Assembly: GCF_006345805.1 (NCBI RefSeq)
Contig: NC_042998.1
Location: 16,058,001 to 16,122,000 of the forward strand
DNA: 64,000 bases
Source of the DNA: Octopus sinensis
Taxonomy: Eukaryota
Reading direction: 5' to 3'
The position numbers were made by a program, and so were the translations under genes. The notes below the pieces were generated by a model. The model saw only the letters and a list, made by a program, of their open reading frames with translations, was not told the DNA's origin and did no database searches. Within the stretch, counting starts at the first letter, position 1; the number at the start of each line of letters is the position of its first letter. Shown here piece after piece: positions 37,775-50,487 of the stretch.

Positions 37775-38673
37775 TATGTGCTCATACATATAGATACGCA
37801 CACAGACACACACACATACACACACACAGACATATATATGTACCTCTAAGTTACTGCATATATGTACTTCTATGTATGTATGAACGTATGTATCTAGCTA
37901 CCTATCTATTCACGTATCTATATCTATTCCACACGCATAAAACCTCTTACTAACCTTCGTTTAGTACCAGTACACTATTTTCTATTTGGTGTCATTTATA
38001 TACGTAACTTAAGCATAAATTTCATTGCTATTACTGGATGGCGTAAAGTACAAAGAAATATCGAAATATAGTATTATGCTAGTACCGCAGTCACCTTATA
38101 TATTTTATCAATATTTTATACGAAATTAGCGAATTTAATTATTGAAGCGACGTGTAAGTCATAAATAGGACAACAAACATAATATTCAGCTTCCTCTATC
38201 TTTCTTAGACTCAGTTTGCTTCTGTCTGCTTAGTTACTGTACTTTCACTTTCTCCTCCTTTCTGTTGTTATTCTAATTGTACAAAGTGATATATAATTCA
38301 TAAATTTCATTCCTACTTAATTGGCCAAATTATCTGTATTTAAACATCTCCGTGTATATACCGCTTATCTGCGTATGCGCAACAATGCAGGCACTTTCAC
38401 GAATAGAGAAATTAAGAATGATATAATTAAATATTTACATATATTCATATATCCATACATCTTTAGGTATGCACATCTGTACTGATATATGTATATTACG
38501 CAGGCAGGGAAAGATGCATGCATACATACATACATACATACATACACATCTGTATAGATATATGTATGTTGCGTAGGGAGAAATACATGCATACAGATGT
38601 ATGTACACACCAACACACACACACACACCACACACACACACAGAAACACAGACGCACGCACACACACACACAC

Positions 38674-38707
<34 letters not shown>

Positions 38708-38712
38708 ATATA

Positions 38713-38743
<31 letters not shown>

Positions 38744-38744
38744 C

Positions 38745-39060
38745 TCAAAATAAGCAACAAGAATGTCTCCGGTAATTTGGTACAATTGTTTCGCACTATA
38801 TCATTTTATTAAATGTTGTAAGTATTACAACAGATTTAAGATGCTGAGTACTCATCAGCCAATTTTAGAGGTTTTCCATTTATACAAAAGTTTTCAAAAC
38901 AAGTGATTTGAATTTTTTTTTATTGATGGAAAACCTCTATAATTGGCTGATGAGTACTCAGCATCTTAAATCTGTTGTAATACTTACAACATTTAATAAA
39001 ATAATGTAGTGCGAAACAATTGTGCCAAATTACCGGAGTCATTCTTGTTGCTTATTTTGA
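38745..39060. repeat. Inverted repeat, 135-bp arms, 46-bp spacer
   Basis: Arms 38745-38879 and 38926-39060. Confidence 0.92.
38774..38864 (-). ncRNA. Type-I hammerhead ribozyme motif with long stem II
   Basis: TTGG-CTGATGA-GTACT...AGTGC-GAAA-CAATTG-TA-CCAA; G10.1-C11.1 pair and GUA triplet intact; the mirror copy (38941-39031, plus) has GUG. Confidence 0.78.
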
Positions 39061-39158
39061 TTATAATCACCCCACAAATTTTTATGGATAACACCATACA
39101 AAATTCTGGTGCATCTAAATTAAGTACCATATTCATTCGAATCTAAATATTTGCTGAA

Positions 39159-39195
<37 letters not shown>

Positions 39196-39197
<2 letters not shown>

Positions 39198-39420
39198 CGT
39201 GGCCGACCAGGCTATCAGTTGTTACACAGCTGTGTTAACCTTCATATGACGCCACGTCAATGAGCAACGTGAAATATGCTGGTTTGCTCACGAACACGAG
39301 GCACGACCCATATATAGCAATCGTTCGCTATATATATATATATATATATATATCACCGTGGTCACCGTGACCGACCAGGCTATTAGATGTTGCTACACAT
39401 TGCTGGTCACAATGCGCTTC
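39196..39420 (-). mobile_element. Short retroelement 3'-tail fragments (RTE-like) and SINE C head piece
   Basis: ccgaccaggctat(c/t)ag(a)t(t)gtt occurs at 39204 and 39370; gagcaacgtgaaat...ttgctcacgaacac resembles the C core. Confidence 0.4.
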
Positions 39421-41400
39421 TTTGATGCAAATGTGCTGTTAAATCATTTACACCTTGCTTTTTAACATCTTGCATACGCTATATCACATTTAGCTCACTC
39501 TGTAATCATATTACGTAAAAAAATGGCTACTAACAAGTGGTCTATAAAGAATTTAAAGCATCCACTGGTAAGTTTTAGCGATATTCCTCACTTTTCCTGA
39601 AAATGAAATCTTCTATGAATTTACGCTCTTCTTCGGTGAATTTCGCGTTTTTAATTGGTCAAGCATTGTGTTAATAATTTTGTTATAAAGCATTCTATAA
39701 TGTTGTTGGGGATCAATTAATTTATTCCCAGATCTCTTTATTTCGATTGCGGCCTCGATCCCATATTTTTTCCCAATCGTATCATAAAATATTGAAAATT
39801 CCTCGAGTTTATTTTTGAGCACAGTTTCAATTTTTATCTATTTGCTCTTTGCAATAAACTTTGTCATGGCTTTTCGCCCGAAAGATATTAAAACAGACAT
39901 TAGTGAAAGAAAATATGTCACTAAATACTTCTAGAAAAAATAAGAAATCGGGAGCTTTTGAATTATGTAAGAATACATCCAATAGTAGAATTTATTGTGG
40001 TCTCACCCCATGCTTAAGGATTTTCAATGATGTTTGCAAAAAGGCTAATGTTTTGTAAACAACTTGCACATGCAAGTGCTACCAGCCAAAAGCCAGCAAG
40101 TAATCAGGAGAGAATGTGCGCCGTTTCAGGGATACCTCTCGACGGCAACATTGCGCACCGGCGCCTCACTCACTGTCATGAGGCCCCGCTTGCTAGATCA
40201 GCTGGTTATCAGATATAGCTCAGTATTCCACTCATCGCTCATTGTCTCTTTTTAACCAATGCATACGCCATTTTCTGAGACGTTCTCAAAATGTTCTTCC
40301 CATTTTGTAATCTGTCCTTGTTGAGCGCATTATAGTGTAGAAAAAATATTTGCATCATTTATAGAAGAGCGTGTTTACGAAAGAACTAAACTTACGGCAT
40401 GAACAACGCAATGAAGAAAGATTGCACATTCATATTTCTTCTTTGCCTTTGGCTGCAACATTTTAAATGTCCTTCCATTTTAACTGCACAATCATAGATT
40501 TGTGCATTTGTTCCCACTCTTCCACGTTTCAAAACATGTTCAGATAAAGCATTTGTTGAGCGATCTGCACTAACGTCATTAAAGCCGATACATCGTTCTT
40601 TAATAACACAATCTCTGATAACACAACGTAAAACAGTTGACAGACGCGAAAAATTCGATACACAAGACGTTTCCCCTACAAAAATAGCTACAAATTTAGT
40701 CTTCTTCAGTTAATTTTCTATTTCATCCAATATAACTTTTTGAACTGCATCGATTATGTCATTTTGAATTCTGTTTGCAAAACTTGAGAAAATAAGCTGT
40801 ATGAAATTGGCTAGCGAATTTTTTGTCATATTTACTGATTAAATATAAGAGTTCTTTATAATTTCCGCGATTATTAGATTCCTTAGATATAAAATGACCC
40901 TGGGATGATAATTCCTGCTGACCGAAAAAAGTAATCAATCGTTGAAGAATGGATCTATTTCGTCTGAATTTTTCATTATGTTGTATGCTCTGTGTTTTAT
41001 ACGCATCCAGTTGCAAGTCTATAAGAAACTTCCCAAATAAATGTTTTAAGATCTATTAATGATTTCATATGTCTTCGAGAACGTTCATGTTTTAGCACGG
41101 GCATATGTAGATAATTTAAACCATAATAACCTGTATCACTCCAGACAGAGTTTTCTAAACTATGTCCTCAGAATAACTTATTTAGAATAGCACATTCAGT
41201 TAACCATTTTTTTCTTTCATTCATGCAAATTAGTCTGAAATTGTCGAATACATTTCTTACTAGAATTTCGCAAATTAGGTAATTTCGGCGTAGGTTTGCC
41301 ATCGCTTATGTTTGTTTCCATTCAAAGTCTATTTTGAAAATGTATTTTCCGACAGGTCTATAACACACATTTCTGTCATTTCGACTAATATTTCGTAAGT
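39400..41400 (-). pseudogene. hAT-superfamily transposase remnant (TTF zinc finger / DUF4371-type)
   Basis: KWLTECAILNKLF, KHERSRRH, NRSILQRLITFFGQQELSSQGH...NRGNYKELL, FVAIFVGETS, ERCIGFNDVSADRS and C-terminal YRMLYNKII; many stops. Confidence 0.85.
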
Positions 41401-41463
41401 TCAAAAGATTTTATAAAAGAAATATGCACACGCACGTGTATGTGTGCGTGTGTGTGTGTGTGT

Positions 41464-41503
<40 letters not shown>

Positions 41504-42197
41504 CGTGCGTGTGTGTGTTTGTGTGTGTATGTGTGTGTGCATGAACTGAGAGTCAATCTGAATAAAGCAGAAGATAATCTTAACAATTCAACGAAGCAAC
41601 GAAATATTCTCGCCAAAAGAGAGAAGTTCCAATTTATATGAGACAGATAAAACGTACGCAAAGGTAATAATAAACAGAGATAATTAATAATTTTGCTTTT
41701 TTGGCAAAAGTTGGGTCCTAGTACTGTGAATGAAAGAACCGATGTACATAATAAAGAACTTTAAAAGGGGTTTTATTAGTACCTATTCACTGAGGTCAAA
41801 TGGTCAAATCCATTCAACCACGTGGTCAGTCCTTATTGATAACAATTATAAGAACTGATAGACAGTAATATTGACAGACAGAGAGAGGAGACAAAAAAAA
41901 AATCCTTCATGCATTTTTAATATTGCATAACTTCGAAGCTATTTTTAACGGGATGGGAAATGAGGTCAAGTAGAGCTGTCTTCAATAATCCGAGTAATGC
42001 TATATTTGTGTTGCGTCTCACCGTCTTCTTTGAAGCAAATTATCGAGTTAGTTTTGTTTTCAATGCTTTTACCAATTTTTCGATGTAGTTACAAATAACT
42101 TACGTTTTAGATATATATTTTTGATTTATAAGAAATAAATGTTTATGCAATGCATGGTGTGCATAGCTAGAGCGTACATCACAGGTATATGTTTACA

Positions 42198-42305
<108 letters not shown>

Positions 42306-42812
42306 GAGATTCATTCAAGCCTAATTATTATGTGGTGTTTCATCACTTTACATTATTGTATAACCACGACCTTTCTTCAGGCGATATATGTCAGTTTGTT
42401 AGCCAAATCAAGATAAGCTTTGATAGTAAAAATGCTTACTCTTATGGCGTGCTTTTATGCTGATGATTGAAGGCCATTTATGGCCTTAGAAAATGGCGCG
42501 TTTCCCCAATAATATGAAGTCATGTAATACCACATATCAATTTATACAACTGAACAAGCTACTGAAGTGCGTGTAAGTTGAAGTGTCCATTACATTTTCT
42601 TTAGTTATGTGTTATCTATATATATTACTTATGTTGGATTTACATCATTGATATAAGTATAGATTTACGGGATACCTGGGTTTGGTTTTATCATAGAAAC
42701 TCTTAAATTCCTTTGATTTCAATACGTTAATCGTTAGCATCTTTTTGGAACATCTATACTATATTATACTTTCTATCCATCTATCTATCTATCTATCTAG
42801 CTACCTATCTAA

Positions 42813-42896
<84 letters not shown>

Positions 42897-43398
42897 ATAT
42901 ATATATATATATATATATATAGCAAAAACTGTCCGATGAACGGCAACGGGAAACTCAGAGTAACAGGTTTTGTTGAATTTTCTAATGCTTTAAATAAAGT
43001 ATTATATATCTATATATATATGCATATATAGGTGTGCGTGTGCTTAAGTGTGTGTATGTGTTAGTTGTTATTTATACAGTTTCCACTTATATTTTCTTAA
43101 TGATGCAGTGAAGTTGGGGGATCTTTGAAAAAAAAGAAAATTCGTAGCCCTCATAAGAAAAATACAAATTATGACTATCACTTTATAACTTCATTAATAC
43201 CCTTTCGATTTATTTTGTTACTATATGCGTTTCCTACTTATCATTAAAGGACCATAAATATCTGCTTAATGCGGTACAATCTCCTGTATTGTTTTTACAA
43301 ACGTAGCCACACGCACACAAATGCACACACATGAGCACACGAGCGCGCGCACATGTATATATATGTGAGTGTGTGTGTGTGTGTGTGTGTCTGTGTGC

Positions 43399-43452
<54 letters not shown>

Positions 43453-44001
43453 ATGTGAGTCCGTGTGCGTACGAGTGAGATATACTTTGTCAGTTGATTA
43501 TGGCGTTGTCCTATCAACTGCCAAAACTATTTGAAAGTGCGAAACAAGTGGTGCTGAAGATTATCGTGCTCTTCATTTGCTGATCTATGAAAAGAAGTAC
43601 TTGAACCAGAAGGCACTTGTTTAGCGTGTGCGTAACTTCTCTTTCTTACGCTATATTTTCAACTAGTCTCAAGGACCTGAAATCATGTTATTTCGTTGTC
43701 ACATTTGCATGTTATTCCCAATGACACAAACAAAAGTCCGACTTACGTTGAACCAAGTTCTTCAGGATTTAGTAATTTGTGAAGACTATAAATGCGTGAG
43801 CGACGCTTCAAATACATTTGTTTTACATTATCGGCTGATTTTTTGTTAATGCGTGTGTGTTTGTCTGTGTGCGTGTGCGTGCGTGTATCTGTGGGTACGT
43901 ACATGTGTGTATATGTGTGTGTTTCATGCTTCGTATATTATTCATTATATTGTTTACATTTTTTCTGACATTATCGGTTGATTTTTGTTAATATTTCTCA
44001 T

Positions 44002-44633
44002 CCGTGCTGATTGAAGATCAGGATACGTGAGACTGCTCCGGTTCCTTCTGTTGACCCCACTCACATCTATAGTGCAAAAATAGCGGTCAACGCCATGGTT
44101 TGTCGGCTCTCTCCAAACCATGGGAATTCCATACTTCAGAAATCTTTTCTTCCCCTTGGTGCATTAGCGCAAATTGTCGGTGCATGCTTCGCATACCATA
44201 TGTGGCGCCGAAGCTTTATCCTGTATACCAAATTTAATACCAAAATAAGCATGATAAACACGTTTTATGAAACGTGAATGGATTCGTGTTAAGAGCAATG
44301 GTGTATTCAGCGCAGATGTAGCAGAATACGCAGGGCTTACATTTAGTGGTGGAAGCCATTTCATTCACCTGTTAGATTAAAATACCAATTAGTTATAAAT
44401 AGGCGAATGCAAGCTCTTCTGAGTTCGTTTATTTCAAGACATAAAAAAAAAAAAGAAATTTTCATCATATAAAGCAAACATACACGTACATGTATAGAAA
44501 AACGTAAAAAATTACATGTGGACGTAGTTCAAAAAAGCTGACCTGATTGAGCAAAACTAATGTGATTTTAACATCAGAAATGTCTTAAATCAGCTAAAAA
44601 AAAATTAGACAATGATTTTGTTGTTGAGCAGTA
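44002..44633 (-). mobile_element. Chapaev-like (CMC) DNA transposon 5' end with N-terminal transposase remnant
   Basis: From ATG 44359: MASTTKCKPCVFCYICAEYTI, FIKRVYHAYFGIKFGIQDKASAPHMVCEAC, KYGIPMVWREPTNH..RYFC, YPDLQSAR; family assignment from recalled Chapaev3 motifs; terminus-like tactgctcaacaac near 44633. Confidence 0.72.
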
Positions 44634-44994
44634 CGCCGTTATATATATATATAGCTATAAATCGTCATATTGCTCAATATGTTCGCGACTGTCTGATGAT
44701 CGGCTTCATGAAATGCTGAGTAACAATGCGTAGACAATTCTCTGCTTCAATACAATGATATTTTACGCCAGCTCTATTTTCCGCACATTGTTTGTATGTA
44801 TGTACGTATGCATGTTTGAATGAATGTGCGTGTATACTACGTATGTTACTAGGTTGATTGATACATACACACATATGTGTGTGTGTGTGTGTGTGTGTAT
44901 GTGTTATACATATGCCAATACGTATGCATATGTTCGTGAGTATGTTTATGCTTGTGTGTTACTAGAATTGCAAGTTATATACTTTTCAAGTCAT

Positions 44995-45228
44995 TAGGTG
45001 GCGAGCTGGCAGAAACGTTAGCACGCCGGGCGAAATGCTTAGCGGTATTTCGTCTGCCGTTACATTCTGAGTTCAAATTCCGCCGAGATCGACTTTGCCT
45101 TTCATCCTTTCGGGGTCGATAAATTAAGTACCAGTTTCGCACTGGGTCGATCTAATTGACTTAATCCATTTGTCTGTCCTTGTGTGCCCCCTCTATGTTT
45201 GAACCCTTGTGGGTAGTAAAGAAATATA
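44995..45228 (+). mobile_element. SINE family B (B1) with perfect 19-bp TSD
   Basis: TSD tatatacttttcaagtcat at 44976-44994 and 45229-45247. Confidence 0.93.
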
Positions 45229-45430
45229 TATATACTTTTCAAGTCATGTTTAGATGATAATATATTCAGTTGGTCTACGTTCGTATTTACAATGATTATT
45301 GCGTAATATTTGTATTAAGAACATTGTTCTTATTCAAATACGTCAACGACATTATAGGCTTGTTATGACAACACTTTGGTGTGAAAATATAGCAGTCGTT
45401 TAAGACAGGCGTCATAGGAATATGCGCTAT

Positions 45431-45530
45431 NNNNNNNNNNNNNNNNNNNNNNNNNNNNNNNNNNNNNNNNNNNNNNNNNNNNNNNNNNNNNNNNNNNNNN
45501 NNNNNNNNNNNNNNNNNNNNNNNNNNNNNN
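45431..45530. other. Scaffold gap (100 N)
   Basis: Direct reading. Confidence 1.
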
Positions 45531-45754
45531 TATCTTTCTAAATGGTGCCCAGATGATGATCGGCTTTTTATGCAAATGAGACCAGCTGTGATCAGATTCT
45601 GCTGGAAAATTCAGTCTTTGTTTTTTCTAGAAATGATCACACATCCTTCATTTTATTTATCCTTGCTTTTCTATCAATAGCCAAGCTGTTCGAAATAAGT
45701 TAGAATGCGTAGTATCATAGATCTGCGTAGTATCATAGATCTGCATAGTATATG

Positions 45755-45975
45755 TTTGTGTGTCTGTGTTTGTCCCTCTAGCATTGCTTGACAACCGATG
45801 CTGGTGCGTTTATGTCCCCGTCACTTAGCGGTTCGGCAAAAAGAGAGCGATAGAATAAGTACTGGGCTTACAAAAGAATAAGTCCCGGGGTTGATTTGCT
45901 TGACTAAAGGTGGTGCTCCAGCATGGCCACAGTCAAATGACTGAAACAAGTAAAAGAGTAAAAGAGTAAACGAGT
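45755..45975 (+). mobile_element. SINE family A 3' half
   Basis: Ends gactgaaacaagtaaaagagtaaaagag. Confidence 0.88.
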
Positions 45976-46688
45976 ATCATATACTTTCCGTTGACTAGTT
46001 GCTCTTGAACTTCGACTTGCCAAAGAAATTAGAAACTTACTGGGAGTAAGATAAAACCTTGTTTGTCCATAAAAATAGACATCGTTTATAAGAAAGATTT
46101 AGCAATATTAACAGAGATAGTTTTGTGAAGTACAGGACTCACAGAATTTGCTTGTTCCCATGCGCTGACGTTGCTGAAAGAGAACTAGATTTTTCATGGC
46201 ATCAGTTGCTGAATTTACTAGCATAACTGATGCTCATGTTAGTAAATCATGGCTGGATTTGGTCATTCCTTTCTTTTTACGTAGATCGGTAGTGACTCAT
46301 GTTTTTGCCCGATGTAACTGCCAAGCATGTATTGTGACAACCGTATGAGATCATCATAGACACAAATGAAAATACCTCAGATAGGCTATGCACATGAATA
46401 TTATATAACATTTACATAAACTCGCAAAATTTCTGTCTGGCAAATGATATGTAACTTTTACTTTTCCGTATTTACGTAACTGAATTGTACGTAACAATAT
46501 TCATACGAAAAGCTGAGTAAGTCATTTGTATACGTTTAACCGCTGTTACTGTTTCTACACATCTTAATTATTCCTCTGATGTCTTGATGATTAGTGCTAT
46601 TTTTTGAAGTGCCATTAATTACAATAAGACACACAGACATACACAAATATATCCTACATATACAAGCATATATTGATTAACCATCCGC

Positions 46689-46769
<81 letters not shown>

Positions 46770-47026
46770 ATATTTATAAATATAATATATATAGATAGAT
46801 AGATAGATAGATAGATAGAGATAGATAGATAGATAGATAGGAGATAGATAGACAGATAGATGGATAGAGAGAGAGAGAGACAGATAGATAGATATAGATA
46901 TATACATATATATATATGCATATATATGTGTATATATATATATATGTGTGTGTGTATGTGTGTGTGTATATATAGATAGATAGATATATACACACATATA
47001 TATATATAAACAAACATACACATATA

Positions 47027-47063
<37 letters not shown>

Positions 47064-47764
47064 TAATATATATATGTAAAAGTCAGCGAGCGCATACAAA
47101 CGGAAGTGTGTTAATGAACATCAACGCACATATGAAAGATATGACTTAAATATAATGGTGTTTAACTGAATGTTTATAAAATTGAAGCAAGTATTTGCTT
47201 ACATCGAATGACAGTTATAGTAAAGTTTCTGAAAACATCACGACATGCTTTTGTGGACAGCACATACTTGATAGGAGCTTTTGACCTGACGCAGAATGCC
47301 ACGAGCAACATACATTGATGTAATACATCATCCTACGCATGTTATTTACGCCTGGAAATGCGTGGAACAAAGATGGCAACGACTGAAAACGCTGTAAATG
47401 GAAGCAGGAATTGCTGCTAGCTTTTTACACTCTAATTCACGTAAACAGTACATGAAGATTATATAATAATTCAAGAACTAAAATCAATAAAAGCATAATA
47501 TTAAAATGGCTGATATAAAGGATGTGAGCATATTTTATAGTATCTCCGACAAAAATGATACATGATAAAGCAGGAGTGGGGGTGAGTGACAGTCACAGAC
47601 GCTAGATGTAGGTGAAATGTAGTAAGGAATTTTGCACTGTAGCAGCTGACATTTCAATCAGAATGAAACTTCAAATTTTTATTCTTAATTATATTCATAA
47701 ATTACACCCACGCACAGAAACACACACATGCGCACACAAACACGCACACACACGCAAGTACACG

Positions 47765-47796
<32 letters not shown>

Positions 47797-48286
47797 CTTT
47801 TTTTTATATATATGTATGTATATCTCTTTATAAATAGATATGCATAAGTATGTATATATACACACATATAATTGGACAATAAACGGTCTTCTTTTGGAAA
47901 ATGTAGTTTATGTAGAATTTTGACAGTAAATATATACACATATATCACTTTTACGTTATAGAACAATTTACATATTAAGCACATTTCTGGAAATTGTTAC
48001 GTATATATTAATTGCTCGTAGGGAGACTGTATTTTCTTTATGCAACCATACTATCCTGTGCTCAGTATATTAAATGTTTTAAATGGTTTTAATATGTAAA
48101 TTGCTCCATCCAATAATGTTACACAGCTAAACGTAGCTGCCACTGGAAGCAATGTGTGCCTGGATGATTAGTGGGTTGGGTGAGCTACTGAGAAGGAGCA
48201 TTAGCTCACCAAATATGCATATACACCGTTAAAAATGTTATCTTCAATTGCATTGTTTGCTTATAAGTATTCGTTGTGTGGTAAGT

Positions 48287-48669
48287 AGGCGGCGAGCTGG
48301 CAGAAACGTTAGCACGCCGGGTGAAATGCTTAGCGGTATTTCGTACGCGTTACGTTGTGAGTTCAAATTCCACCGAGGTCGACTTTGCCTTTCATCCTTT
48401 GGGGTCGATAAATTAAGTACTAGTTACGCACTGGGGTCTATGTAATCGACTTAATACCTATGTCTGTCCTTGTTTGTCCGCTCTGCGATTAGCCCCTTGT
48501 GGGTATTAAAGAAATAGGTAAGTAGCTTGCTAACCAACCACATGGTTCCGCGTTCAGTCCCACTGCGTGGCATCTTGGGCAGTGTCTTCTGCTATAGCCC
48601 GGGCCGACCAATGCCTTGTGAGTGGATTTGGTAGACGGAAACTGAAAGAAGCCTTTCGATATATAATAT

Positions 48670-48716
<47 letters not shown>

Positions 48717-48952
48717 GTGTGTGTGTGGGGGGGGTTATGTGTCTGGGTTTGTCCCCCTAGCATTGATTGACAATGATGCTGGTGTGTTTACGTTCCCGTC
48801 ACTTAGCGGTTCGGCAAAAGAGACCGATAGAATAAGTACTGGGCTTATAAAGAATAAGTCCCGGGGTCGATTTGCTCGACTAAAGGCGGTGCTCCAGCAT
48901 GGCCGCAGTCAAATGACTGAAACAAGTAAAAGAGTAAAGGGAGTAAAGAGTA
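48287..48952 (+). mobile_element. SINE B directly fused to head-clipped SINE A
   Basis: B 48287-48519 ends aaagaaatagg; A continues taagtagcttgc to the gtaaaagag tail. Confidence 0.88.
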
Positions 48953-49447
48953 GACAAAACGTCGTTCCTGACAGCCGTGGTTGTAAAATTCTATAGAATA
49001 TCAAAAGAAACAACGGTGATTGCATCGCTTGCTCTGCTGACGCAAAAAAGTAGGAGACATACAAATACGTGTATCTGTGTTAGTGTGTGTGTGTGTGTGT
49101 GTGTGGTTGTGTTTGTGTGTATCTGGCTCTAATCTTACAAGGTAATAGTATTACCCCCTGCGAGTGTCATAATATAATTTTTAATTTCATTTGGATTGAA
49201 ATAATGTAACATTTTCTTGAAGATAATCTTTCTGTAGTCAACTAAAGTAACAGACGTTTTATAACACGACTTCTACGACGTTACATTTTGTATACGAGTG
49301 TCTCTGTAGTGTGTGTGTGTGTGGTGTGTGACGTGGGTTTACAGTTCATTTGTACAGTCACACTCGGAAGGCATTAAGCACAGTAGTCAACTGGTGCTTA
49401 ATTTGTTGACTCAGAAAGAATGAAATTACACTTGTATATATTACACT

Positions 49448-49505
<58 letters not shown>

Positions 49506-49506
49506 A

Positions 49507-49820
49507 GTCCTGACCCCGGGACTTATTCTTTGTAAGCCCAGTACTTATTCTATAGGTCTCTTTTTGCCGAACCGCTACGTGACGGGGACATAAACACATC
49601 AGCATCGGCTGTCAAGCAATGCTAGGGGGACAAACACAGACACACAAACACACACACATACATAAATATATACATAAATACGACGGGCTTCTTTCAGTTT
49701 CCGTCTACTAAATCTACTCACAAGGCTTTGGTCGGCCCGAGGCTATAGTAGAAGACACTTGCCCAAGATGCTACGCAGTGCGACTCAATCCGGACCATGT
49801 GGTTGGTAAGCAAGCTACTT
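49507..49820 (-). mobile_element. SINE A, left part of a copy split by an insertion (rest at 52006-52045)
   Basis: Ends ggttggtaagcaagctactt; resumes tggtaagcaagctacttaccacacagccactcctgcgccta at 52006. Confidence 0.9.
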
Positions 49821-50118
49821 TATTTTAGAACATTTGCCATAAAGTCAGTACGCAGATTAAGTTAGCTTTGCGGGCTGGACGAGGACATTAATGAGGTGAA
49901 TGATAATGAAAGAAAGATGATAAAGATTGGAGAAGACAGAAAGCGCCCGCCGACTTTTGCTTCTCTAAAACATTGTTCTTTTTAAAAAAGATAAACACAA
50001 AACGAGGTATTAAACCTCTTACAATTTTTCCAATTTTTGGACTTACCAGTCCATTATTAATACAAAACGAGGTATTAATCCTCTTACAATTTTTCAATTT
50101 TTGGACTTAAGTCCATTA

Positions 50119-50487
50119 CTAATAATACATGTCGTCCTCGAAATAGCTTATGCTCGCGCCCTCCACCATCAACCACGCCTCCCTCAGAACGTAGTCAAGT
50201 TCCGAGTTCGCGTCGCCCGGGACCAAGTTATAATCTTCATTGAGCTCCTTTAGCCCTAGCGTCACGTCGAACGCCACGGCCTCCACAGCTCCCTGCGGAG
50301 GCCATTCGGGGTCCTGTGTGAAGGCTAAAGGTGCTCCCTTGTAGTGTTCTTCCATCACTTTTTCAATGTCTCCTCCTCTATAGAAGAGGACCAATACATT
50401 AAGTTCTTTCGTTGGCGGCACAGTTTCCGCCAACGGTATTCCTTCCCTTGTCGGTGGCACAACCCCACCGACGTAGTTCCGCGACAT
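50119..50487 (-). CDS. 122-aa acidic ORF: second ORF or frameshifted C-terminus of ORF1
   Basis: VPPTRE/VPPTKE repeat and helical acidic tail; overlaps the ORF1 end; A-run near 50530 upstream. Confidence 0.5.
   Translation of the reverse strand: MSRNYVGGVVPPTREGIPLAETVPPTKELNVLVLFYRGGDIEKVMEEHYKGAPLAFTQDPEWPPQGAVEAVAFDVTLGLKELNEDYNLVPGDANSELDYVLREAWLMVEGASISYFEDDMYY

Noticed and set aside
40655-40700. CTGAAGA...GAAACGTC hammerhead-like match on the minus strand
   Set aside because: It lies in frame within the hAT transposase remnant (LKKTKFVAIFVGETS) and stem II does not form.
46295-46350. Peptide CFCPM*LPSMYCDNR resembling an LRR N-terminal cap
   Set aside because: In-frame stop, very short, and no following LRR sequence.
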